A DNA stretch of 64,000 bases, taken from positions 260 to 64,259 of the forward strand of contig CALAVG010000112.1 in NCBI GenBank assembly GCA_937892275.1, read 5' to 3'. Shown one piece after another: positions 47,792 to 57,835 of the stretch. The position numbers and the translations under genes were made by a program. Source of the stretch: an uncultured Methanomicrobiales archaeon (GTDB lineage: Archaea > Thermoplasmatota > Thermoplasmata > Methanomassiliicoccales > Methanomethylophilaceae). Positions within the stretch are counted from its first letter, which is position 1. Every line of letters starts with the position of its first letter. The notes beneath the pieces were generated by a model. It saw only the letters and a list, made by a program, of their open reading frames with translations. It searched no databases and was not told where the DNA came from.

Positions 47792-49026
47792 TTGGATCCC
47801 CATGTCTCCAAAGCTATGGCCAATTCCTTGTGGTCTTTGGCGTATTCCTCTTTAGGGATTCCCAGGAATGCGGCATCCACTGCCTGACTCATTCCCATGG
47901 CCCCTGCTCTGACTCCGTCGGGGTGTCCAGCGACCCCTCCTCCGGCCTGGATCTGCACGTTGTTGCCCGCTTTCTTCACTATGGCCTCGACTATTCCGGG
48001 GTAGACCCCTCCAGAGCAGACGGGCATGACTGACTTGTACGGGACATCGTTACCGAGACATGCGAGCAGGTTAGCATCCTCCTTGGTGCTTCCGGACATC
48101 TTTCCCACTCCGAGGGTACCGATGTGCAGAGCATCTCCTCCGCACATTCTGGTCAGCTTGGTGAGCGGGAGCATCGCGACTCCGTGCAACGGATCCTTGG
48201 TGAATGCACCGTGCATGGTCCTGTGGACGTGGATCGGCACTTTGATCGACGGGTCCTCCGCAAGGGCCTGAACGGCACCGAAACCGCATGTGATGACATC
48301 GACCATGATCTCCCTTGCACCCCAGGACTGCACCTTCTCAGCCAGTTCGACGATCTTGTCGCCGCGTGTGCTGACGTTGATGGCATGCATCATCTTGTGG
48401 CCTTCCGCCTCGAGCCTGTCGAGTGCCTCGGCGACGGCCAATGTCCTGTCCTCGATTGGGCAGAACAGCTGATCCACCAGGGTCTCATCGTCCTTGGAGT
48501 TGGTCAATCCTCCGGCACCAGCTTCGTAAACATATTCGGCCGTCTTCTTGGGATTCAGACCGATCTTGGGTTTTACTATGGTACCTACCAAGGGCTTCTC
48601 GGGACGGCCCAGCATCTTCCTGATACCGTCAGCTCCGAACTTTGGTCCTTTGTACTGCTCCAGGATCGCCTTGGGGAAGTTGACATCCTCAAGCCTTACA
48701 CCTTTGAGTGCTCCCAATCCGAACAGATTACCAGCAATGACGCTGAGGATCTGCGGGACGGTCCCGACCTCGATGCTGAAATCGTCTATGGGGAACTCCA
48801 CGATGATCGTGTCCCCCGTGATGTCCACCACTCTGGCACCGAGGGACGTGAACACCTCGTTGTCCAACGTGGAGATACCGGTCCATGTTCCCGTCGACTG
48901 CTCCGCAGCAATCGCCTCGGCGGCCTTTTCCATAGGAAGGTCCGTCGTTACACGGTACTTGCAGACCACATACTTGTCCGGATCGACCGGCTCACCCAAG
49001 TGCAGATAAGAATCCATTTCTTTCAC
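47788..49026 (-). CDS. rbcL: RuBisCO large subunit, archaeal form III-type
   Basis: 'AEQSTGTW', 'GNLFG', 'KPKIG', 'KDDE', 'HVHR', 'GKM', 'SGG', 'GGG'; alternative ATG at 49017. Confidence 0.9.
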   Translation of the reverse strand: MKEMDSYLHLGEPVDPDKYVVCKYRVTTDLPMEKAAEAIAAEQSTGTWTGISTLDNEVFTSLGARVVDITGDTIIVEFPIDDFSIEVGTVPQILSVIAGNLFGLGALKGVRLEDVNFPKAILEQYKGPKFGADGIRKMLGRPEKPLVGTIVKPKIGLNPKKTAEYVYEAGAGGLTNSKDDETLVDQLFCPIEDRTLAVAEALDRLEAEGHKMMHAINVSTRGDKIVELAEKVQSWGAREIMVDVITCGFGAVQALAEDPSIKVPIHVHRTMHGAFTKDPLHGVAMLPLTKLTRMCGGDALHIGTLGVGKMSGSTKEDANLLACLGNDVPYKSVMPVCSGGVYPGIVEAIVKKAGNNVQIQAGGGVAGHPDGVRAGAMGMSQAVDAAFLGIPKEEYAKDHKELAIALETWGSK

Positions 49027-49949
49027 TCCTTCATAATCTCGGTACCGAACTTCCTCTCAAGAATGTCGTAGACCGAGCCGGGGGATATCAATCCCAATTC
49101 CGTAACGATCCCGTCTATATACTGCGCGGGAGTGACGTCGAAGACCGGGTTGTAGACCTTCACGTCATCCGGGATCTCTCCGGGCCTGACAACCTCGGAG
49201 ACCTCGCGCTCCTCTATCTTGACCAGATCCCCCTCCAGCGATATGGGGGAGAACTTGTAGGTCTCGCTACAGGTGTAGAACTGTACCCTGGCCTCCTTCG
49301 CTGCCAAAGCCACCTGCGACGTGCCTATCTTGTTGACCAGTGCACCGTGGGATGTTATGGTATCAGCACCCACGAACACCTTGTCGACCTTCTTCATCAC
49401 CAGACGCACGGCGCTGTCTATGATCAGCGTGGTGTCGACACCCGCCTTCGAGAGGTCGTTGACAGTGAGGATACCCTGCCTCCATGGGCGGGATTCTGTA
49501 GCGTAAACTTTGATGTCCTTACCCTGACTGTGGGCCTCTGCGATAACGCCGATTGCAACACTGCTGTTGCAATGGGTGACTATCGTATCGCCGTCCTCTA
49601 TCCTCTTGGCGCCTATCTCGGCTATGTGCTGCACGGCCTCGTTCGACTCTTTAATGAACCTTGCCGAATTGGCCAGGATGATATCCTTGGCCTCGTCGAC
49701 GCTGCCTGCTAACTTCGCACCTCTTACGGATGCCTGGACACCGTTCCACAATGATACTGCCGTAGGTCTGGAACCCAAAATGACTCCGACAGCCTCATCG
49801 AGATCCTTCTTGAAAACTGCCATATCCTTGCCCGGATAACCCTCGGCGAACTTGCCCATTGCATCGGCACCAGCCCTGGCAATCCTTCCCGCTCCGCGTA
49901 TCTTCATATCGCGGATATCCTGGGAAATCGAGACGACATTTTGGTCCAT
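49023..49949 (-). CDS. Ribose-1,5-bisphosphate isomerase
   Basis: 'IRGAGRIAR', 'RPTAVSL', 'THCNS', 'ESRP', 'IDSA', 'NKIGT'; operon context. Confidence 0.92.
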   Translation of the reverse strand: MDQNVVSISQDIRDMKIRGAGRIARAGADAMGKFAEGYPGKDMAVFKKDLDEAVGVILGSRPTAVSLWNGVQASVRGAKLAGSVDEAKDIILANSARFIKESNEAVQHIAEIGAKRIEDGDTIVTHCNSSVAIGVIAEAHSQGKDIKVYATESRPWRQGILTVNDLSKAGVDTTLIIDSAVRLVMKKVDKVFVGADTITSHGALVNKIGTSQVALAAKEARVQFYTCSETYKFSPISLEGDLVKIEEREVSEVVRPGEIPDDVKVYNPVFDVTPAQYIDGIVTELGLISPGSVYDILERKFGTEIMKE

Positions 49950-50003
49950 GATTGTGTATCAGTGATGTGCGATAATAACTTACGCACGTGCGCGAGCGTC
50001 TTT

Positions 50004-50492
50004 TTAAAGAACCGTTTCGGTAACGACCCTGCGGGCCTCATCCATGCCGTAGGAGAGGTACACCGCGGCTATGAGTGCCTCGAAACAGTCGGCACGCATG
50101 TTCTCCTCGATGGCCTTGGAATGTCCCTTCATATGACCGTTGCCGACCCTCATGACGGCATCGATCCCTATGCCCTTCTCCATAATGCGCTGGGACAGCA
50201 TATGGTTGGCCACCTTGTCCTGCTTGTAATCCGTCATGGGGCCTTCGCTGATGTCCGTATCCCTGTACACATGCTCGCATACAAGGAACTCGAGGATGGA
50301 ATCACCGAGAAATTCGAGACGCTCGTATGATTCCACGTGCCTTGGCGGATCCATATCCGCAGCCTCGTTGGAATAGCTATCGTGAGTGAGGGCTGCGCAG
50401 AACAGTGCCAGATTATCCTCCGATACCCCTCTCAGACGGAAGGGTTCCCTGGCAAGGAACTCGCGTACGCTCTTCTCGAAGTCGGACTCCAT
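50004..50492 (-). CDS. rnc: Ribonuclease III catalytic domain without dsRBD
   Basis: 'ALTHDSY', 'ERLEFLGDSIL', 'ADCFEALIAAVYL'; 162 aa. Confidence 0.9.
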   Translation of the reverse strand: MESDFEKSVREFLAREPFRLRGVSEDNLALFCAALTHDSYSNEAADMDPPRHVESYERLEFLGDSILEFLVCEHVYRDTDISEGPMTDYKQDKVANHMLSQRIMEKGIGIDAVMRVGNGHMKGHSKAIEENMRADCFEALIAAVYLSYGMDEARRVVTETVL

Positions 50493-50601
50493 GCACGGTA
50501 ATCGGGGGATCCGTATTTAGCGGTAGGGTAGTAAGTCATCATGTACATCCGGTATGCGCCCGATAGAGAAATATTAGTAAAAGAGACACCTTCGGAGACC
50601 T

Positions 50602-52107
50602 ATGGCCGGTAAAAAGCGCGTGAGGATGAGAGGTGTCAAACACACCTCGAAGAAACTTGAGGATGATCTGCTGGAACGTTCCAGGAACCTGGCCGACAAC
50701 CCCAGTCTTCTGAGACCTCAGTGCGCAGGTAACTGCAGGAAATGCCATTTCGACAAGGTCTTCAAAAACATCGACTCCCTTCAGAAGATCCGCAACAATC
50801 CGGATGCTCTGATTAAGGAGGCCGGAAAGATGTTCAACGACGACATCACCAAGGCCTATGCCGGGACCATATCGCTGGCCGCCTCCGGTTCCGTCCCGCT
50901 CCTGGCAAGCGCCAAATTGGGACCCGATACCGTATCATATGCGGTTAGGGGAAGCGTCGGATCCGACAAGCTCATCGGATGCCAGTACTATACCGACCCG
51001 AAGATTAGGCTTCTGCTCTACAACCAGTTCATCAAGAAGAACGGCCTCTACCTCTATTCGTTCGAGGACACCACCGTGTGCTCCGACAAGTTCAACATGC
51101 CCGAGGACTACCTCTACGATACATTCTGGGAGACCCCTTACGAGTTCCCCGATGACGGCCTGGACTGCGGACATGATGCATCGGCCGTCCTCGAGATCGA
51201 AATCAAGTCCATCGGCGAGACCATAAGGATCTGCGAGAACTGCGCCAAGAACGTCTCGACCGTCCAGTTCCTGCTTTCGAGGATCGCCGGTGAAGAGCCA
51301 TGGAAAGACCTCACAGTTCGCGTGAGGCACAAGTATCACAAGCCGGGAGAGAAGGATTTCGAGGAGATCCCCGAGGACAAGGTCAAGGATTATATGATCG
51401 GTAAGATCACCGATTCCTCGCTGATAAGCGAAATCAAAAGGTCCAAACTGGGAGACCTCAGGGGAAGTTCGTCAGCCACATACATCATCGGCACCAAGAA
51501 CTACGGCGATTCGCTCGATTCTTTCATCGGCGATCTCGAGGGCGACGATGTTTACAAGCAGTGCCTAAAGGGATTCCTTGCCGAGAACCCCAGGGCGATA
51601 GTCTCCAAGGGCAACAGGGTCAACGATATCCTGAACATCCTTTGGGAGGCCAATTGGAAGGACATCATCACATTCTACACGGATGCCGAGACAGCTGCCA
51701 AGATGGGCGATCAGTCAAAGAGCCAGCCTATCCCTGCATTGGAGTCGGCGCACAACATCATGATATCCGCTTCCGTCGTGGATTCGCTGCCTGTGTTCAA
51801 CAAGCCCGGTCCCGTGACAGAGCTCGCGGACACCCTCGCAAAGGCCGCCAAGGTCGGAGGGGAGCAGATGGTCTCCAAGACACTTCAGAACCAGGGACTC
51901 AAGAACAACAAGTCCCGCAGCGTAGCAGGAGCATTCGTCATGGCCACTGGCGCGACCGATCTGCCAATCAAGCTGAGCAAGGAGGAGAAAGATTTCGCAG
52001 ATTATCTCCTTCCGTTCGCAAAGGCCGTGGTAGCAGCCAACGGCGATAAGTACCGCGACACCATGAACACGTTGCTCACTGCATCGGGTTCAGGCGAGAA
52101 GGTCTGA
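50602..52107 (+). CDS. Hypothetical protein with Cys clusters
   Basis: 501-aa ORF with host-like codon usage; 'CAGNCRKC', 'CGH...CENC'. Confidence 0.8.
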   Translation: MAGKKRVRMRGVKHTSKKLEDDLLERSRNLADNPSLLRPQCAGNCRKCHFDKVFKNIDSLQKIRNNPDALIKEAGKMFNDDITKAYAGTISLAASGSVPLLASAKLGPDTVSYAVRGSVGSDKLIGCQYYTDPKIRLLLYNQFIKKNGLYLYSFEDTTVCSDKFNMPEDYLYDTFWETPYEFPDDGLDCGHDASAVLEIEIKSIGETIRICENCAKNVSTVQFLLSRIAGEEPWKDLTVRVRHKYHKPGEKDFEEIPEDKVKDYMIGKITDSSLISEIKRSKLGDLRGSSSATYIIGTKNYGDSLDSFIGDLEGDDVYKQCLKGFLAENPRAIVSKGNRVNDILNILWEANWKDIITFYTDAETAAKMGDQSKSQPIPALESAHNIMISASVVDSLPVFNKPGPVTELADTLAKAAKVGGEQMVSKTLQNQGLKNNKSRSVAGAFVMATGATDLPIKLSKEEKDFADYLLPFAKAVVAANGDKYRDTMNTLLTASGSGEKV

Positions 52108-53122
52108 TGCTGATATCCGCGACATAATGGGATACCGACGGAGCATACGATTTGACCTCGTGGATTCTGAGGACCTCATAACCGTCCTCTCCGCAATTCG
52201 CATCGAATATGCTCTTTATCCTGTCCTCATACTCGTTAACGTAGAAGGTGTCATGATAGTGTATGATCCCTCCGGAGCGTATCATCGACAGCGCCTTTGG
52301 AACGAATTCGGATGTCGTCTGAACGTATCCCATCAGAATACGGTCAGCGAAGTGCTTCCCCAGAAGATTCCTGTTATCGGATAATATGGGAATCACCTTG
52401 TCGGTCAGCTCATTGTCCCTGATGTTCCTGCAGAGGAACTGGTACGATTCGGGATTCTTCTCGCATGCGAACACACGTCTGGCACATGAGTATTTCGCCA
52501 GCGGAAGGGTGAAGTATCCTATGCCCGCGAACATGTCCACGACGGTCTCTCCCGTACAGTCTAGCTTCCTCATGCGCATCCTCTCATCGGTGTTGCCGGA
52601 AGCGAACATTACCTTCGTTACATCGAATCCGTATCTGATTCCGTTCTCAAGACGGACCGATTCCGTCTCCGTACCGTAGATGATCTCCATGCTGGGCTGC
52701 CTGAACTCTCCGGATACGCCCATGACATCCGCACATACTGTCTTAGCGCCCAACACTTCGGCATAGGTCCTGCCTATGAGGTCCTTGTACTGTCTGCAGC
52801 GGGGATCCATCTTCACTATGACTATGTCCCCGATGTACTCCCATTTCTCCGGGATTATGCCCTCCAGTTCGGGATATCCAGTGAGAATGTCGTGAATCTT
52901 CTCCTGGGGGCTCCTGCGGTCCAGGGTATGTGCGTCGCCTTCCAGCATCTCGATACCCATGGATCTGACTGTATCGATGTATTCAGGAAGAATCGGGACG
53001 TAACGGAATTGCTCATCCTTCCCTATCTTGGCATGGATGTCGACATATTCCTTGTCCATAAGATCGCGGATGATAGATCCGGCCACGTCCGATGGGAGTC
53101 TGGCGAACGTCACCCTCTTCAT
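52076..53122 (-). CDS. Trm5/Taw2 (Met-10+-like) SAM-dependent tRNA modification enzyme
   Basis: 'FDVTKVMFASGN..ER', 'VDMFAGIGYF', 'EKNP', 'VKSYAP'. Confidence 0.88.
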   Translation of the reverse strand: MKRVTFARLPSDVAGSIIRDLMDKEYVDIHAKIGKDEQFRYVPILPEYIDTVRSMGIEMLEGDAHTLDRRSPQEKIHDILTGYPELEGIIPEKWEYIGDIVIVKMDPRCRQYKDLIGRTYAEVLGAKTVCADVMGVSGEFRQPSMEIIYGTETESVRLENGIRYGFDVTKVMFASGNTDERMRMRKLDCTGETVVDMFAGIGYFTLPLAKYSCARRVFACEKNPESYQFLCRNIRDNELTDKVIPILSDNRNLLGKHFADRILMGYVQTTSEFVPKALSMIRSGGIIHYHDTFYVNEYEDRIKSIFDANCGEDGYEVLRIHEVKSYAPSVSHYVADISIRPSRLNPMQ

Positions 53123-54264
53123 TTAACGGACCTCATGAACAGAGGAATGGCGGAAAAGAATAATGAGGGGACCTTGAGTACCTTCTTCACGACATCTCCT
53201 GGATGGTCGATGTCGATATTCTTGGCGTACTCCATCAGGTCGTTCTTCTGAATGTAATCGTAAATCCTGTTGAAGTCCGCGTCGGTGAGCTTCTTGTATC
53301 TCTTCCTCAGCTTGTAGGAACGCTCTAATTCGCGACCGAAGTCGTCCATGCAGTTCCTGCTGTATTCGGACAGATCCCTAGAATACAACGCATCGGAATC
53401 CAGTCCGTTGGTGATAGATGTCACCAAATGGGAATTGGCCTTGAAAGCGGGATACAGTCCTCCGCCAGAGAGCGGTTTCACGAATCCGGCTGCATCGCCG
53501 GTGAGGAGTACCCTGTCACCGCTGAGATACGGACGGATACCCAATGGAATCTTTCCGGAATAGACCTTGAGGATCTTGTCGTGGAATCCCATACGTACCA
53601 GTATGTCGGAAAGATACTCAGACGGCGGTCCTGCCGACCATGAACTGCAGAGTCCGATACGGGTGAAATCGCCGCATGGGATGGCCCATGCGAAGAAACC
53701 GGGAGCGACCGTGTTACCAAGATACAGCTTCAGCATCTCCTGGTCATCCATGGCATAGTCGACATCCACCTGGATGCCTCTGATGTACTCTTTGGGTCTA
53801 TTATCGCCTAGCGACATCGCAACCTGGGAACCGGCACCGTCTGCACCGATCAGGACCTTTCCCCTGTGTGGACGTACGGTGGTGTCGACCACTACCGCAT
53901 CTCCGACGGTGTGCCCCTGATAGCGCTCGTTGAAGCAGTAATCCGCTCCGGCGTTCTGTGCCGCCTCGGCCATCTTGACCTCCAAGTCGACACGGTCGAC
54001 CATGACGCCCTTGGGCTTGTCCGAACGTACCTCTATGGACTGTCCGTTGGGGAAGGTCACCTCAGCACCGTATATGGTGCTGTAGATGTCCGGCTTGACG
54101 CGGGACATCTTGAGTGTCTCCTCGCTGATGAACCCCGTGCAGTGCATGGGGAGTCCCGGGGACTCGTGCTCCTCGAGCACGATGACCTCGTACTTCTTCT
54201 CCGCCAGTGTTCTGGCTGCCAGGTTCCCTGCGGGACCTGCACCGACCACAATCACATCATGCAT
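53119..54264 (-). CDS. Geranylgeranyl reductase family protein (second paralogue)
   Basis: 'VVGAGPAG', 'PMHCTG', 'APGFFAWAIP', 'GDAAGFVKPLSGGG'. Confidence 0.88.
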   Translation of the reverse strand: MHDVIVVGAGPAGNLAARTLAEKKYEVIVLEEHESPGLPMHCTGFISEETLKMSRVKPDIYSTIYGAEVTFPNGQSIEVRSDKPKGVMVDRVDLEVKMAEAAQNAGADYCFNERYQGHTVGDAVVVDTTVRPHRGKVLIGADGAGSQVAMSLGDNRPKEYIRGIQVDVDYAMDDQEMLKLYLGNTVAPGFFAWAIPCGDFTRIGLCSSWSAGPPSEYLSDILVRMGFHDKILKVYSGKIPLGIRPYLSGDRVLLTGDAAGFVKPLSGGGLYPAFKANSHLVTSITNGLDSDALYSRDLSEYSRNCMDDFGRELERSYKLRKRYKKLTDADFNRIYDYIQKNDLMEYAKNIDIDHPGDVVKKVLKVPSLFFSAIPLFMRSVK

Positions 54265-54268
54265 GCGA

Positions 54269-54916
54269 TCAGTTTTTCTTCGATTTCTCGTAATCGGCTA
54301 TGAACTTCTGGATACCCTCGTCGGTCTTCGGATGGGAGACCATCTTCTTGAGGGTGTCGTAGGGGATGGTGGCGATGTCGCATCCGTTGAGAGCAGCTTC
54401 CAATACATGGTTGGGACCGCGGATGGATGCTGCGATGACCTCTGTCTCGTATCCGTAGTTCTCGAGGATCGTCATGATCTGTGCGACGAGGTCGCCTCCG
54501 AACTGTCCGATGTCGTCGAGACGTCCGATGAAGGGGGACACGAATGCTGCTCCCGCCTTTGCTGCCAGGAGTGCCTGGAGAGGCGAGAAGATGAGTGTGA
54601 CGTTGACCTTGATTCCCTCGGATGAGAGGATCTTGGTGGCTTTGAGCGATTCGACGCACATGGGCAGCTTGACGTTGATGTTGGGGTGGATCTTGGCGAG
54701 CTCGCGACCCTCCTTGACCATCTCGTCGCATGTCATGGACATGGCCTCTGCCGAGATGGGTCCGTTGACGATCTCCGCAATCTCCTTGACGCGTGCCCTT
54801 ACGTCGACTCCTTCCTTCGCGATCAGACTGGGGTTGGTGGTGACTCCGTCGAGGATCCCCCAGCTGTTGATCTCCTTGATCATGTCCAGATTCGCTGTGT
54901 CTATGAATATCTTCAT
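54269..54916 (-). CDS. tal: Transaldolase (TalC/FSA family)
   Basis: 'FIDTAN', 'GVTTNPSL', 'NVTLIFS', 'SPFIGRLDD', 'ASIR'. Confidence 0.93.
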   Translation of the reverse strand: MKIFIDTANLDMIKEINSWGILDGVTTNPSLIAKEGVDVRARVKEIAEIVNGPISAEAMSMTCDEMVKEGRELAKIHPNINVKLPMCVESLKATKILSSEGIKVNVTLIFSPLQALLAAKAGAAFVSPFIGRLDDIGQFGGDLVAQIMTILENYGYETEVIAASIRGPNHVLEAALNGCDIATIPYDTLKKMVSHPKTDEGIQKFIADYEKSKKN

Positions 54917-54920
54917 CTCA

Positions 54921-55859
54921 TCACTTCCTTGATACGGATTTCTTGGCTGCCGCGACGATATCGTCAACGGTCAGTCCGTACTTCACCATGAGGTCGGCGG
55001 GCTTTCCGGATTCACCGAAGGTGTCCTTGGTACCGATCCTCTCAAGAGGAATGCAGGTGCTGTCGCAGAGTGCCTCCGCGACGGCGGAACCCAATCCCCC
55101 TATGATACTGTGCTCCTCTGCCGTGACGCAGCATCCTGTCTTGGAGACCGATGCGATGAGCGTCTCGGTGTCGAGAGGCTTGATTGTTGACATGTTTATG
55201 ACCTCGGCGCTGATGCCTTCGTCCTGTAGCTTCTCCGCCGCATCCATGCAGAATGAGACCATCTGTCCACATCCCACGATGGTGACATCGGTGCCTTCCC
55301 TTAGGACCCTTGCCTTTCCGATCTGGAACCCCATGTCGGGCTCCAGGATCGTGGGGAAATCGGCACGGCCCATCCTCATGTATGCAGGACCGTTGTACTT
55401 GGCCAGTGCCTTCGTCGCGGCGAATGCCTCATATGCATCCGCAGGAGCGATTACGACCATGTTGGGAAGTGTACGCATTATCGCGATGTCCTCCAGTGCC
55501 TGATGAGATGCCCCGTCCTCGCCTACGCTGATACCGCAGTGGGTGGCGACAACCTTGACGTTGAGCTTTGGATATGCTACCGCGAGCCTAATCTGCTCCC
55601 AGCACCTTCCAGTGGCGAACACTCCGAATGTGGATACGAACACCGTCTTGCCGGATGCCGCGAGACCTGCAGCGATACCGATCATGTTGGACTCGGCGAT
55701 ACCGACCTCGACGAACCTCTCGGGGCATACCTTCTGGAAATCAGATGTCTTGGTGGAACCTGCAAGATCAGCATCCATGACGACGACCTTAGGATCCTCC
55801 TTGGCCAGCTCGGCCAATGCCTTTCCGTAGTAGTTGCGCTGTGCGAGCTTCTCGGTCAT
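54921..55859 (-). CDS. Transketolase, C-terminal subunit
   Basis: 'DADLAGST', 'GIAESNM', 'GEDGASHQ', '[10 protein letters not shown]'. Confidence 0.94.
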   Translation of the reverse strand: MTEKLAQRNYYGKALAELAKEDPKVVVMDADLAGSTKTSDFQKVCPERFVEVGIAESNMIGIAAGLAASGKTVFVSTFGVFATGRCWEQIRLAVAYPKLNVKVVATHCGISVGEDGASHQALEDIAIMRTLPNMVVIAPADAYEAFAATKALAKYNGPAYMRMGRADFPTILEPDMGFQIGKARVLREGTDVTIVGCGQMVSFCMDAAEKLQDEGISAEVINMSTIKPLDTETLIASVSKTGCCVTAEEHSIIGGLGSAVAEALCDSTCIPLERIGTKDTFGESGKPADLMVKYGLTVDDIVAAAKKSVSRK

Positions 55860-56686
55860 TGGATCACCGCCTTGAGTTCCTCGACCGCCTTCGCCTGCTC
55901 CTCATCGTTACAGGCCTTTCCGTGGAATCCGGCGTTGTTCTCCATGAACGATACGCCCTTTCCCTTCACGGTCTTCATTATGATGACGGTCGGTCTCGCC
56001 TTCGCCGCCGCTGCCTTGTCCAAGGCCTCGAGGATCTGGCGCATGTTGTGGCCGTCGATTATTATGACGTTCCATCCGAAGGACTTCCATTTCTCCGGAA
56101 GGGGCTCGAGTCCCACGGCGCCCTCTGTGTCGCCCGTAATCTGAAGCCTGTTGCGGTCGACTATCGCTATGAGGTTGGTCAGACTGGCCTGGCGTGCGAA
56201 CATCGCAGCCTCCCAGTTCTGTCCCTCCTGAAGCTCTCCGTCGCCGAGCATGCAGATGGTCTTGTAATCCTTTCCGTCCATCTTGCCTGCCAATGCTATC
56301 CCGCATGCCATGCTAAGACCCTGTCCCAACGAACCTGTGGACATCTCGACTCCCGGGACCTTTCCGCGTACGGGGTGGCCCTGAAGCTTGGAACCCATCT
56401 TCCTCAGTGTGAGGAGGTCCTCGACCGGGAAGTAACCGGCCTCTGCCAATGCGGCGTACAATACAGGGGCCACGTGGCCCTTCGACAGCACGAACCTGTC
56501 CCTCTCATCCCATAACGGGTTCGAGGGGTCGTGCTTCATGAACTTGAAATAGAGTGCGGCGATCATATCAGCCGCGGAGAGCGAACCGCCGGGGTGTCCC
56601 GAGCGTGCCTCATAGGTCATCTCCACCACATGGAGGCGGAGCTTGTTGGCGATGTTCTCGAGATCGGATACGCTGTAATCAGCCAT
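55856..56686 (-). CDS. Transketolase, N-terminal subunit
   Basis: 'SGHPGGSLS', 'LSKGH', 'GSLGQG', 'GDGELQEG'. Confidence 0.95.
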   Translation of the reverse strand: MADYSVSDLENIANKLRLHVVEMTYEARSGHPGGSLSAADMIAALYFKFMKHDPSNPLWDERDRFVLSKGHVAPVLYAALAEAGYFPVEDLLTLRKMGSKLQGHPVRGKVPGVEMSTGSLGQGLSMACGIALAGKMDGKDYKTICMLGDGELQEGQNWEAAMFARQASLTNLIAIVDRNRLQITGDTEGAVGLEPLPEKWKSFGWNVIIIDGHNMRQILEALDKAAAAKARPTVIIMKTVKGKGVSFMENNAGFHGKACNDEEQAKAVEELKAVIQ

Positions 56687-56690
56687 CGTC

Positions 56691-57425
56691 TCACTCGCTC
56701 TCGATCCTCGGTGCGAGGAGGTAATCCACCTTCGCCGCGCCGTCTGCCAATGCGAATACCAGCTTCATGGGATAATCGTTGTCGAGCTCGATGTCGACCT
56801 GCGTACCCGACGGGATGGCCTTGATGATGTTGGCCAGGTAGTCCGGGGGGAACATGCTGCATACATCGGAATCGGTACTGATCTTAGCCGATGAAGGGTC
56901 GAGTCTGAGACTTACCGAGTCCGTGTCCCCTTCGCAGGAGAGCTCGAAGAACTCGGGACCGGCCTTCAGTGTGATGTGATCCGAGATGGACTCGACTGCG
57001 CGGATTCCCTTCTGGAGCTCCTCGATGGGAACTGTGATCGTTGCGGTGAGGTTGAGCTGGGGCACCTTGGGGTCGTTCATACCCGTGGTGTCGATGAGGC
57101 TCATGCGCCTCGTGATGTTTCCGACCTTGAAGACGAGCTTTCCGGTCGCGTCGTCCTGCTCCATCCTGATGGTCTCCCCGGATCCGGCGAGCTTGAGGAC
57201 TCCCTTGACCTTCTCGAGATCGAGACCGATCTCGGTGTCCTCGGCTGAGAAGGACTCGAAAGCTCCCTTCGTGAGGTTCATCTCGATCATGGCGACGTGT
57301 GCGGCGTCGACCGCCTTGAGGGTCATCCCTTCGGATGTAATCGTGAACTTGACCTCGTCGATGAGCGTCGAGATGATGTTGACGATACCTTTGAGGACAT
57401 CGGACTTGAGCTCTGCTACGAACAT
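56691..57425 (-). CDS. pcn: DNA sliding clamp PCNA
   Basis: 'AVDAAHVAM', C-terminal 'YLLAPRIE'. Confidence 0.96.
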   Translation of the reverse strand: MFVAELKSDVLKGIVNIISTLIDEVKFTITSEGMTLKAVDAAHVAMIEMNLTKGAFESFSAEDTEIGLDLEKVKGVLKLAGSGETIRMEQDDATGKLVFKVGNITRRMSLIDTTGMNDPKVPQLNLTATITVPIEELQKGIRAVESISDHITLKAGPEFFELSCEGDTDSVSLRLDPSSAKISTDSDVCSMFPPDYLANIIKAIPSGTQVDIELDNDYPMKLVFALADGAAKVDYLLAPRIESE

Positions 57426-57434
57426 GATTGCACC

Positions 57435-57731
57435 TCAGTACTCTCTCCAGGAGTGGTTGCACTTACAGCAACGGTAGATCCTGGTCTCAGGTTCGTCGGC
57501 GGCGCGTGTCTGCCTGATGACGAAGAACGCCTCCGTGTGTCCGCACTCGGGACAGGGGATACGGGTCTTCGGAAGGGTCGCCACATTCTCTGTGATAACG
57601 GTGGTCTCCTTCTCCTTGACATCGGTCTTTATGACTTCGGCCTTTCCACCGATATCCTTGGTGGCACCGCAGGAGTTACAAACATACTTCCCATCTTTGG
57701 GGAACATCATTGAGCCGCACGAGCAAAACAT
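57435..57731 (-). CDS. tfs: Transcription factor S
   Basis: Two Zn ribbons; 'QTRAADEPET'. Confidence 0.95.
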   Translation of the reverse strand: MFCSCGSMMFPKDGKYVCNSCGATKDIGGKAEVIKTDVKEKETTVITENVATLPKTRIPCPECGHTEAFFVIRQTRAADEPETRIYRCCKCNHSWREY

Positions 57732-57790
57732 GATTCAGCCTCTAAGGGCCACATCGACTGTCTGTATTTTAACGTTGTCGCGCGCCTGTA

Positions 57791-57826
57791 AGGAAAAGGT
57801 TGGGACGGGAGTCTGTCCCCCGTCCT
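57791..57826 (-). terminator. Hairpin with U-rich tail
   Basis: GGACGGG/CCCGTCC stem followed on the - strand by CCTTTTCCTT. Confidence 0.5.
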
Positions 57827-57835
57827 TGAATGGTT

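Noticed and set aside
47788..49026. RuBisCO-like protein (form IV) for methionine salvage
   Set aside because: Catalytic motifs are retained and the operon contains AMP phosphorylase and R15P isomerase
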